IMG/VR virus record: IMGVR_UViG_3300036846_000860
Coordinates: 1-50,937 of that record
Length of the DNA stretch: 50,937 nt
Source of the DNA: a virus
Lineage: Duplodnaviria; Caudoviricetes
Reading direction: 5' to 3' (one strand)
Numbering within the stretch: the stretch's first letter is position 1; the number at the start of each line of letters is the position of its first letter. The notes under the pieces were generated by a model, which was not told where the DNA came from, did no database searches, and saw only the letters and a list, made by a program, of their open reading frames with translations. The position numbers and the translations under genes were made by a program. Below, piece by piece: positions 29,262 to 36,830 of the stretch.

Positions 29262-29783
29262 CTACATCTGCACTACACCATACGTAAGGATAACGTTGAG
29301 CGATCCATCCCCCAACGTGAACTCAGCAGCACCGGCGTTAGCGATCGTGATCGCGACGTTTTCCGACTGCGCCTGAGACTTTGCTCCGGGCGAGATTGTT
29401 GGCTGCCCCACAATATCAGTTACCGCCGCGGGTGTTAAAACAGCCGACATATCGGCAGTCAGCGGGATCGCGTTCGCAACCGGACCTTGGTAAATAATAA
29501 GGGTGCCGGCGTTAAGTGTGTACGCGGTCGCGATGTAATTACACCGTAAGCTAACCTCCTCAACAACATACGCGAGCCCAGCACCAGGCGCTGGCAGTAA
29601 AACCTGCGGGGTTGCCTTCAGCGCCTTCAGCTGAGCGGATGTGATATTGGCGCGCAAGATCTGGATACTTTCCGCCCGGATACTTTCCGGAATCCCAGCC
29701 TTGCTCAGCGGCTTGATAAAATCCCCGGTCGGGACCGAGATCAGTCCACGTAAGTCCAACGGTAACTGTGCGGGTGTTGACAT
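29262..29783 (-). CDS. Hypothetical beta-rich, possibly virion protein (173 aa)
   Basis: First gene of the late arm; GGAGG SD; LLPAPGAG motif. Confidence 0.6.
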   Translation of the reverse strand: MSTPAQLPLDLRGLISVPTGDFIKPLSKAGIPESIRAESIQILRANITSAQLKALKATPQVLLPAPGAGLAYVVEEVSLRCNYIATAYTLNAGTLIIYQGPVANAIPLTADMSAVLTPAAVTDIVGQPTISPGAKSQAQSENVAITIANAGAAEFTLGDGSLNVILTYGVVQM

Positions 29784-29818
29784 GACGAACCCTCCGAATT
29801 GATTGCCGTTATAAGGGT

Positions 29819-29847
29819 ATTATACGGACGCACATTGAGGTGGGCCT
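29819..29847 (-). promoter_or_regulatory. Possible late promoter (perfect -10, poor -35)
   Basis: Minus-strand TATAAT at 29824-29819, about 35 nt upstream of the first late gene; no consensus -35. Confidence 0.4.
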
Positions 29848-30245
29848 ATCTTTTTCTCAATGGGCTTCCCACTTCCCTACATCTATATTTTCAGTGATTA
29901 ACCCCCGGCCGGGCGCCCGTCGTTTTGGGGGGGACCCGGGGCCGTTTCCTACGAAAGAACCGCCCGAAAGGGTAATACCGAGACGGGCAACCGTTAACTG
30001 TAACAAAACAAAGGAGATAACAATGTCACAAGCATGGACGAAGACGATACCGACACGCTCTACCGGTTGAGGAAGCAAGGTAAGGTTACCAGGGATGGTA
30101 ATGGTGTTTACCACGTAACCCGATAATCTCACGTAACCTACTAGGGATTCTCACGATACTTACCATACGTGGTGAAGAATCCCTACCAACTTGAGAGGGA
30201 AAGGAGTGATTCAGAAAAAGAATCAGAACGATTCAAATTTGGATG

Positions 30246-30274
30246 TTGACTGTTTTTCGTAGTTGTTGTATTAT
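30246..30274 (+). promoter_or_regulatory. Sigma70-type early promoter P1
   Basis: TTGACT-N17-TATTAT upstream of gene 30320. Confidence 0.75.
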
Positions 30275-30319
30275 GTATTTGTAGTTGAGAGTTGAAAAAC
30301 AAAAAACGGAGATAACACA

Positions 30320-30556
30320 ATGCCAACACTACACACGCCCGAAGCCACCAACAACTTCAACACGACCCACTACACCGATGATGTCTTCCGCCGCTTGGTT
30401 GATGCCGGCTTCACCGTCCGTGAGATTGAACGCGCGGCCGCCGCTGAGTTGTACCGGCTCGAGTACAACTCCCGTCCTGATGTGAAAGCCAAGCGAGCCG
30501 TGTACAACGCCAAGCGAGCCGAGAGAATGAAACAGCTCAAGGCGTTGTTGAAGTAA
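30320..30556 (+). CDS. Small basic helical early protein (paralog A)
   Basis: GGAGATAACA SD; shares motifs with 30862, 32664 and 33666. Confidence 0.8.
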   Translation: MPTLHTPEATNNFNTTHYTDDVFRRLVDAGFTVREIERAAAAELYRLEYNSRPDVKAKRAVYNAKRAERMKQLKALLK

Positions 30557-30572
30557 ACAACAAAAACAATTC

Positions 30573-30604
30573 GGAGGGGGTGATGAACTCCCTCCTACTT
30601 TATC
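30573..30604 (+). terminator. Probable intrinsic terminator
   Basis: GGAGGGGG-TGATGAAC-TCCCCTCC then TACTTTAT. Confidence 0.55.
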
Positions 30605-30617
30605 TTGGAGGATATAT

Positions 30618-30845
30618 ATGTTGGTGAATCGGAAGAAGAAGGATAAGAAGCATGGTCGGTACGGCTACCAAACTGGTTGTAGGTGTGAGGTTTGTATAGA
30701 TGCGCAGAGAACGTATGCGAGAGAGTATACTCGCTCACAGAAGGTTGTCGAAATACTTGATGATCTAACCGCATGCGATACTTGTGGTAGGTCGATGTAT
30801 CAATGTCCATGTTGTGGGGCGTTTATTTGTCTAACTTGTTCGTAA
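30618..30845 (+). CDS. Cys-rich Zn-binding protein (75 aa)
   Basis: HGRYGYQTGCRCEVC plus CDTC..CPCC..CLTC; GGAGG SD. Confidence 0.7.
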   Translation: MLVNRKKKDKKHGRYGYQTGCRCEVCIDAQRTYAREYTRSQKVVEILDDLTACDTCGRSMYQCPCCGAFICLTCS

Positions 30846-30861
30846 CGTAACGGAGATAACA

Positions 30862-31194
30862 ATGAGGATTGAAAAATTACGGGATAAACTTCTCCTCGTT
30901 CCGAGGAATGATGTGGGAGATCCCTGTTTTGTTTACCTCGACATGTTGGATGGGAAACCTTCCTATGGCGTGAAAGACTTGTTTACCGACTTGGAGATTG
31001 TAGAGTTGGTTAATCGTTGTCTTTACCAACTCGAATACCAACAACGTTCTCACAGTAAGTATCGCCAGGAAAGGGAGGACTTACTCAAACCGGTTAAACG
31101 GATATTTAAGGAACTCTTCCCGAATGAGAGCTTTGCTAAAGCTACGGACGCACAACTCAAAACGTGTGTTGAGAGGTTGAAGACCGAACGTTGA
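30862..31194 (+). CDS. Small early protein (paralog B)
   Basis: GGAGATAACA SD; FTDLEIVELVNRCLYQLEYQQR aligns with paralog A. Confidence 0.8.
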   Translation: MRIEKLRDKLLLVPRNDVGDPCFVYLDMLDGKPSYGVKDLFTDLEIVELVNRCLYQLEYQQRSHSKYRQEREDLLKPVKRIFKELFPNESFAKATDAQLKTCVERLKTER

Positions 31195-31200
31195 GGTTAC

Positions 31201-31400
31201 TTCAATTAGGGATTGTCCACAACCCAAGTACGATAGTCATGCATCTATATATAGTCATAGTCATCAACTACAACACACACTATAAACTATATATATATAT
31301 GATTTGAGGGAAAACAATTAGATCGATTTAAGTACGAGATTCTATGACACGCTAAAGCGGCATTCCTCCGCTACTTGGGTTGTGCCTGTTTCTTAATTAA
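31201..31400. other. Intergenic inverted-repeat element with AT-rich core (candidate origin or structured RNA)
   Basis: CACAACCCAAGTA (31218-31230) and TACTTGGGTTGTG (31372-31384) enclose TAGTCAT x3 and a (TA)n run. Confidence 0.45.
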
Positions 31401-31404
31401 AGGA

Positions 31405-31447
31405 GAGACCACTGGGACTTGAATTAAAGCTCTAATTGTAGTAAAAT
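31405..31447 (+). promoter_or_regulatory. Sigma70-type promoter P2 with GACCACTGGG box
   Basis: GAGACCACTGGGAC-TTGAAT-N17-TAAAAT. Confidence 0.7.
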
Positions 31448-31470
31448 GAAAGGAGTAATGGAGGAGTTTA

Positions 31471-32268
31471 ATGCCCGAATACGTCAAGGAAGTACTTGAT
31501 AAATGGCCGGACTTTCTCGAGGTGTATGAGACTGATGATAATGCTGCCACACGTCGGTTAAAACTCGTCGTTGTTCGGCGTAATTCCCGCTCGTTGCAGA
31601 TGGATCAAATGCGTTTACTGCAACACCTCGAGGATGTTGGGCTTAATGTAGTTGTTCGTGTAGGACAACTCGACCTAACACTCGAGCAGTTTACGAGGGG
31701 AGGAACCTACGCAGCGCAACAAACGAGCTCGCCTTCACGTCAGGGACAATACAACGCACGCTCTGAGTTGAACTCGTTGTTGAAGGCGAGAGCGACGTTT
31801 AAGGAGGACGATCCGAGATTGTTTAACCTCAACAGGAGGATCAAGCTACTCGAGGAGATGCTCCAGCTGGGAAATCAAGAGTTCTCGCGTGACGCGTTGG
31901 AGAAGTCGGATAAAGCCCTTCGTCGGATTGAGGAGATGGTTAACACACCAAAGTCAAAACCAGCTCCACGCGAGCTGAGTGAGGAATTCTACCTGAACAA
32001 CAAACATGGAAAGTTCGTTGAACTCTACGGAGCGGGAACGGTCGAACTGTTTGAGGCGTTCGCGCGGAAAGCGATGTTGACGTGTAAACGCAACGTTGCC
32101 GAGTACACCGCTCATTTAACTCTCGACCCGGCCAATCTCGAACTACGCACGCGTCTCGACAACGAACAACAGTTGTTGGAGAAATACACAAACGAGGTTG
32201 AAAAATACACGCCCACGGGCACCGTGCATAATGCTCTAATCGCTAATAACAACCAACAAGGAGAGTAA
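31471..32268 (+). CDS. Hypothetical coiled-coil protein (265 aa)
   Basis: GGAGGAG SD; long ORF downstream of P2. Confidence 0.75.
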   Translation: MPEYVKEVLDKWPDFLEVYETDDNAATRRLKLVVVRRNSRSLQMDQMRLLQHLEDVGLNVVVRVGQLDLTLEQFTRGGTYAAQQTSSPSRQGQYNARSELNSLLKARATFKEDDPRLFNLNRRIKLLEEMLQLGNQEFSRDALEKSDKALRRIEEMVNTPKSKPAPRELSEEFYLNNKHGKFVELYGAGTVELFEAFARKAMLTCKRNVAEYTAHLTLDPANLELRTRLDNEQQLLEKYTNEVEKYTPTGTVHNALIANNNQQGE

Positions 32269-32269
32269 C

Positions 32270-32557
32270 GTGGAACAGTTACAAAACTTCGTCGAGAAGG
32301 TGATTATGTCAAACCGCAACCCAAGTATGGGGGTGAGGATCTCGCTCACCGACCGTCAATTCGAGAAACACTACGCGTTGTTGAATGTTTTGATTGGAGG
32401 CTTGTCTTGCACGTATCATGAGGAGGTGGGGGCGATATTGAAACACCAGATTACAGTCGTCACGCCCAAACGAGTTGTTGACAACGTACGCTGGGCGGAA
32501 AATCTCGCAAAGTACGCTACCAGCCAGGGGTTCTGCGCGCTGGCCGTGCGACTTTAA
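32270..32557 (+). CDS. Hypothetical protein (95 aa)
   Basis: AGGAG SD, GTG start. Confidence 0.6.
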   Translation: MEQLQNFVEKVIMSNRNPSMGVRISLTDRQFEKHYALLNVLIGGLSCTYHEEVGAILKHQITVVTPKRVVDNVRWAENLAKYATSQGFCALAVRL

Positions 32558-32570
32558 CCTCCTCCAGAAA

Positions 32571-32612
32571 GACCACTGGGCTCTTGATTAAAAAACAACG
32601 CTGTAGTATAAT
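32571..32612 (+). promoter_or_regulatory. Sigma70-type promoter P3 with GACCACTGGG box
   Basis: GACCACTGGGCTC-TTGATT-N17-TATAAT. Confidence 0.75.
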
Positions 32613-32663
32613 GTTTCGTCTTTGAAAATGACCTTTGCAATGAAAGTTGATGACGGAGATAAC

Positions 32664-32993
32664 ATGAACAACAACAACAACGGACCTAAATGTCCGAAGG
32701 TAGAACGCCTCATCGAACTCGTTGAGCTCGTCCAAGCGTGTGATGGCATCGACGGCAAGATCGAATCCGACCTGGTTGACGCACTCGAGTGGTTAGCCAA
32801 CATGTTAGACAACCGCTCGTTGTACCACAAGAAGCGGAATTTAAAGAACAAAATCCTCATCGACCTTGCTCGTGAAAACGGTTTGATCGACCAAGCAAAC
32901 GCGCTGACGCGGGACGCCCTCCACGACTTCGTCAGTAAACAAGAACCGGACAAAGACGACTTCGAAATCAACATCGAAAGTGATAGGAGATAA
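32664..32993 (+). CDS. Small early protein (paralog C)
   Basis: Start reassigned to ATG 32664 (GGAGATAAC SD); YHKKRNLKNKILIDLARENGLID aligns with paralog D. Confidence 0.75.
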   Translation: MNNNNNGPKCPKVERLIELVELVQACDGIDGKIESDLVDALEWLANMLDNRSLYHKKRNLKNKILIDLARENGLIDQANALTRDALHDFVSKQEPDKDDFEINIESDRR

Positions 32994-32994
32994 C

Positions 32995-33207
32995 ATGCCG
33001 TACTTCGACGATGAAACCATGCGCGATGCTATCGACACAGTCACGCGATTAACACGTGACTGTTGTCTTGAACCCGACAACTACGAACACCAACAAGCGT
33101 TGGTTGTTGCAGTACGTCATTACAACGTGTTGGGTTATGGGTTTAAACTAACCCGCGAGGGGATTACCTGCAGGAGGATAAACGGTGCCCAGTCACTTCA
33201 TCGTTAG
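32995..33207 (+). CDS. Hypothetical protein (70 aa)
   Basis: AGGAGATAAC SD before ATG 32995. Confidence 0.6.
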   Translation: MPYFDDETMRDAIDTVTRLTRDCCLEPDNYEHQQALVVAVRHYNVLGYGFKLTREGITCRRINGAQSLHR

Positions 33208-33580
33208 TACGAAGGTTGAAACACCCAACTTATACGTGAGTCAACGAGATTTGAACGTTATCGTTGACAGCTTACGCACGTGGTCAGGCCTTCACGACCA
33301 TACAGGTTGGGTGTTCGCTCCTCGCATGATCACACCCTTCGGTTCACAAATCGTCGGTACACCAGCAGACTGCGCTCAACTCGCGCTCGTCTCGGTTGTA
33401 CGCCCTTACAACCAACCTCGGATATTAATCGGCTCGTGGGGGAATAGTGTCGACGACATGCCTTACGAGATGGCGCTTGAAGAAATCCAAGACGCTCTCG
33501 ACTACATTGAAAGAAAACGATTGAGCGTCGAAGCCCGCAACGCCCGTACCGAGGAAAAGAGTGAGACCACTGGGACTTGA
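33185..33580 (+). CDS. Hypothetical protein (131 aa)
   Basis: AGGAGG SD, GTG start. Confidence 0.65.
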   Translation: MPSHFIVSTKVETPNLYVSQRDLNVIVDSLRTWSGLHDHTGWVFAPRMITPFGSQIVGTPADCAQLALVSVVRPYNQPRILIGSWGNSVDDMPYEMALEEIQDALDYIERKRLSVEARNARTEEKSETTGT

Positions 33581-33605
33581 TTAATTTTTCAAGTTCAATT
33601 ACAAT
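33563..33605 (+). promoter_or_regulatory. Sigma70-type promoter P4 with GACCACTGGG box
   Basis: GAGACCACTGGGAC-TTGATT-N17-TACAAT. Confidence 0.7.
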
Positions 33606-33665
33606 TGTCTTGTGATTGAGTTTTTGCACAACACTTTAGTACCACAACACGAGGAGAACAACAAC

Positions 33666-33971
33666 ATGAGCGCAACGCCCGTTACACCCGAAATCGACCT
33701 GAGCGCGATTCAGGACGAAATCTCGAAGTTAAGCCCCGAACAACTGCAGGAACAGCTGTTGAAGGCACGCGTACGGCAGAAAAAGCAACAGAAGAAGCAG
33801 CAGGGTTCCGGCGCACAGAAGCAATACCAGCTCAAGCAGCGCGAGCGGATGAAGCTGTTGAAGGCTGAAGCACAGCGACTCGGTCTCTGGGATAAAATCA
33901 ACGAGCAAGCGGAAGCGCAGGCTGAGAGCGAGTTGGCGGCCGAAGAGCCGGAGACAGTCGACGCGGAGTAA
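33666..33971 (+). CDS. Small Lys/Gln-rich coiled-coil early protein (paralog D)
   Basis: GAGGAG SD before ATG 33666; YQLKQRERMKLLKA aligns with paralog A. Confidence 0.8.
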   Translation: MSATPVTPEIDLSAIQDEISKLSPEQLQEQLLKARVRQKKQQKKQQGSGAQKQYQLKQRERMKLLKAEAQRLGLWDKINEQAEAQAESELAAEEPETVDAE

Positions 33972-34032
33972 GTCGACGCGGAGTAATGGTCTTGCCGGGT
34001 TGGTAACTCTAATGAGGGAGATACCAAAACCA

Positions 34033-34074
34033 GCGGGGAGAGGGAGATCGTTATCTCCCTCCCTCTCTCTTTTT
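34033..34074 (+). terminator. Probable intrinsic terminator
   Basis: GGGAGAGGGAGAT-CGTT-ATCTCCCTCCCTCTC followed by a T run. Confidence 0.65.
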
Positions 34075-34107
34075 ACCCACCAGCACATTGCAACGAAAGG
34101 AGCAAAC

Positions 34108-34299
34108 ATGAGCATCATCGGTTTAATCCTCGTCCTGATCTTGATCGGGGTGGGGTTGTGGTTAATCAACAGCTTTATACCAATGGATCAGCGCATTAAA
34201 ACAATCCTGAACGTTGTTGTGGTTTTGCTCGTAATCGTTTGGTTACTGCAGGTGTTTGGTTTGCTCGGCCCGTTAAACACACCGGTTAGGATACGTTAA
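34108..34299 (+). CDS. Two-TM small membrane protein (Thivi_2564-like)
   Basis: MSIIGLILVLILIGVGLWLINSFIPMDQRIKTILNVVVVLLVIVWLLQVFGLLG matches that family pattern; AAGGAG SD. Confidence 0.75.
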   Translation: MSIIGLILVLILIGVGLWLINSFIPMDQRIKTILNVVVVLLVIVWLLQVFGLLGPLNTPVRIR

Positions 34300-34535
34300 T
34301 GAAGATCGACTGGGAGAAGCACACTAGGGAAGAGTGGTTCTGTGCTGGCTTGGTGGTGGGAGCACTGGAAGCGACTATAGTCCTATCGCTATTTTTTACA
34401 ACAGGGTGCGCTCCAGCCCGGGCGATGTATTGTGAGCAGCGGTCGGCTGACGGGAAGCATTGTATAGTATGGGCTAAGCACAGATATCCATGTGTGAGTA
34501 GACCGGATGGGAGCTGTACACCGGAGACACGCTAG
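34299..34535 (+). CDS. Small Cys-rich membrane/lipoprotein-like protein
   Basis: Hydrophobic stretch then TTG|C (imperfect lipobox) and four further Cys; TAATG coupling. Confidence 0.55.
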   Translation: MKIDWEKHTREEWFCAGLVVGALEATIVLSLFFTTGCAPARAMYCEQRSADGKHCIVWAKHRYPCVSRPDGSCTPETR

Positions 34536-34563
34536 GTGGCTCTAGGAACGAGGAGGGGGCAAA

Positions 34564-35316
34564 ATGACACAGAAATTAATGTTCCACATCGTCACGTATC
34601 ACGGTAAGGATGGTAAGTCAAGACCAGGTTACCTCAGTATCGACCCGCTCGTAATCGCAGACCAACTAACAGCAATCCAAAAACTCGGCGGGAGTGGTGC
34701 TGTCGCGCTCACCTACGGCCCTTACGTTAGTATGTTCATGCACCAGGCGAGTATGGAGATTTGTCGTCAATGTTCCGAACGACGAATGTTGTTTGCGTTG
34801 TGTTACGATCCTTGGACGGTTAAAAACACACCGGACGTAAACGCAGCGATGGATAAGGTGTTACAAAACCCCGACACCCAAACGATGTTGAACTCTCGCG
34901 CATATATCCCCGAACGCGCTGTACTCGACTTCTCCACGGGAGTTGATCCAACGAAGTTAAAAACCCAGGGTGTTGGGTATTGGATGAAACACATCCAGTT
35001 TTCATGGCCGGAGATAACAAACACTCTCGAAACACTGGCGAAGGATAACAGCAACCCGCAAATGAAAATGCCAGGTGTGTTCACACGGTTTTTCGACGGC
35101 GACCCAACCAACTACAATAACAGTGTGTGGGGAGGCCCAGTCCGTGTGATTGACTCAGAGGGTGGGGATATGTTAGCAAAGTCAATTCTCAGCGCTGACA
35201 CCGCGGTTAACGCTCCCTACCGCCAGTATGTCACGTGGAATGATTATGCCGAAGGGACCGAAATCGAACCATTCACAGCTGCGATGCTGGAGGGTGGGTT
35301 TGGAGGTGGGGTGTGA
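34564..35316 (+). CDS. Glycoside hydrolase, GH99/GH71-like
   Basis: C-terminal YVTWNDYAEGTEIEP resembles the GH99 SFNEWHEGTQIEP catalytic motif; FALCYD. Confidence 0.65.
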   Translation: MTQKLMFHIVTYHGKDGKSRPGYLSIDPLVIADQLTAIQKLGGSGAVALTYGPYVSMFMHQASMEICRQCSERRMLFALCYDPWTVKNTPDVNAAMDKVLQNPDTQTMLNSRAYIPERAVLDFSTGVDPTKLKTQGVGYWMKHIQFSWPEITNTLETLAKDNSNPQMKMPGVFTRFFDGDPTNYNNSVWGGPVRVIDSEGGDMLAKSILSADTAVNAPYRQYVTWNDYAEGTEIEPFTAAMLEGGFGGGV

Positions 35317-35699
35317 GTGAGCAACTTGTCATCGATCTAGCTCGAGAACTCTACGACCGTTTTGTGATGGGCGGATGGGAGCCGCAGGATGCTTATCCGC
35401 AAATTCGGGCAATGTTGAGTGGCGAGGCTCCCGCACAGGCAGCGCAATCAAAGCTCACAACATTTCGGTGCGACTGTGGGCTTAATTTATTGGTTGAGGG
35501 ACAAGTCGTCGGCAAAGAGTTTAGGGCGAGCGCAGCACAGGCAGCGCAGGAGGAGAAAAACGCTCTCATTGAGAAATGGTTTCAGGCCAAGCGGGAAAGG
35601 AGATTCGAGGAGTCTGACAAGATCAGGCAAAAGCTGATCGATCTCAATGTGGATGTACAGAAAGTACAGAATGAACGGTTAGGGCCATTGAAGAAATGA
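35313..35699 (+). CDS. Hypothetical protein with CysRS C-terminal-like helical domain
   Basis: ALIEKWFQAKRERRFEESDKIRQKLIDLNVDVQ resembles the CysS C-terminal LI..R..AR..KDF..AD.IRD.L pattern. Confidence 0.55.
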   Translation: MSEQLVIDLARELYDRFVMGGWEPQDAYPQIRAMLSGEAPAQAAQSKLTTFRCDCGLNLLVEGQVVGKEFRASAAQAAQEEKNALIEKWFQAKRERRFEESDKIRQKLIDLNVDVQKVQNERLGPLKK

Positions 35700-35851
35700 G
35701 TAACAGCCAAATACTAGCGCTCTACTGCCTCCTCTTCGCGATCTGGACCGCGTGTTTAGGTCTAAACATCGTAGTGTGGTTGGTTTACAAAGCCGTTTAC
35801 CACATAGCATACGGCGAGGAAATAAATGATCATCAACGTGAGTCGAAGTAA
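35696..35851 (+). CDS. Small single-TM protein (51 aa), not in ORF track
   Basis: MSNSQILALYCLLFAIWTACLGLNIVVWLVYKAVYHIAYGEEINDHQRESK; ATGA coupling. Confidence 0.5.
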   Translation: MSNSQILALYCLLFAIWTACLGLNIVVWLVYKAVYHIAYGEEINDHQRESK

Positions 35852-36830
35852 ATCATTCCAATCTTGCCAACAATACGCGTACAACTGGGATGAGTTACGG
35901 TTGTACCCAACCCGTGAGGCAGATCCGTTAGTAATCGGAGAAGGGTACCACCTCGGTAGTGAAATCATCACGCGCTCGGCTGACGTTAACGAAGCCGTAA
36001 AGTCGGTCGAAACCCGCATGCGTGAGCGTTACGCGAACCAGATGATTTTACCAGAAGAACGAGCCGACATCGAACGCAACATCGAATGGGCGAAACACGC
36101 AACGGTGCAGTGGGCGGAAAACTACAACAAAGCAGACTTCCGTGTGTTGTGGCCGGAGGTGAAAGGTTGTGTACCGTTACCGAAGACAGAACACCACTGT
36201 TTCTTCGCTCACCGTATTCTGCACCCAGACATCCCTTACAGTCTAACCGGTTGTGTCGGGCGTTATAACGACTGTTATATCCCACACTACTTCGCATTCC
36301 GCACCGACGGCATCATCGAGATGTATAGACAAATCTGGTTGCTCGAACAAAAGACAACCGCGAAAGCCGGCAGCCAAACATTCTGGACTCACTTCCAACT
36401 CGACAACCAAATCCGTGGGTATTGTTACGGGGTTTGGAGAGCGACCGGTGCGCTCGTCAACGGAGCGTTAATCAACGCGATTATCAAACACCACAAGGTT
36501 GTCACCGTCAACGGCGAGCGTAAATACCAACTCGACCCGACAAATGTGGGGTTTGAGCGCGAGCCGATCTTGGTAACGAAAGCAGACATGCTCGACTTCG
36601 AACGTGAATTAACACTGCTCGCGGATGAATACGAGCATAAATTCGCCCACCCAGACCTGATCGTGAAGAACCCACAAGCGTGCTTTAACTACAACCGAAA
36701 GTGCTACTACTGGGATCGGTGTAAACGTCATCAGGAACCCTTCGATGGAGAGTTTGCAGTACGGCAAGCCGACTATGTCGAGGAGAACTACAAAAAGGTA
36801 CTCGGATTGGAGGAGAAAGTTGAAGCCTAA
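35826..36830 (+). CDS. PD-(D/E)XK (RecB/Cas4-like) exonuclease
   Basis: SRSKSFQSC, LVIGEGYH, RTDGI, LLEQKT, QIRGY, C-terminal C..YNRKC.Y...C. Confidence 0.85.
   Translation: MIINVSRSKSFQSCQQYAYNWDELRLYPTREADPLVIGEGYHLGSEIITRSADVNEAVKSVETRMRERYANQMILPEERADIERNIEWAKHATVQWAENYNKADFRVLWPEVKGCVPLPKTEHHCFFAHRILHPDIPYSLTGCVGRYNDCYIPHYFAFRTDGIIEMYRQIWLLEQKTTAKAGSQTFWTHFQLDNQIRGYCYGVWRATGALVNGALINAIIKHHKVVTVNGERKYQLDPTNVGFEREPILVTKADMLDFERELTLLADEYEHKFAHPDLIVKNPQACFNYNRKCYYWDRCKRHQEPFDGEFAVRQADYVEENYKKVLGLEEKVEA

Noticed and set aside
29940-30010. c-di-GMP or preQ1 riboswitch, or hammerhead ribozyme
   Set aside because: GNRA hairpins are present but I could not find the conserved cores of these families; kept only as an unnamed structured element.
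33956-33985. 15-bp tandem duplication AGTCGACGCGGAGTA at the end of gene 33666
   Set aside because: Only two copies duplicating the last codons; likely slippage. No integrase or IS to make it an att site or target-site duplication.
35826-36830. Cas4-like nuclease as a sign of a CRISPR system
   Set aside because: No repeat-spacer array or other cas genes seen; it sits with Sak4-like and SSB genes as a standard recombination module.
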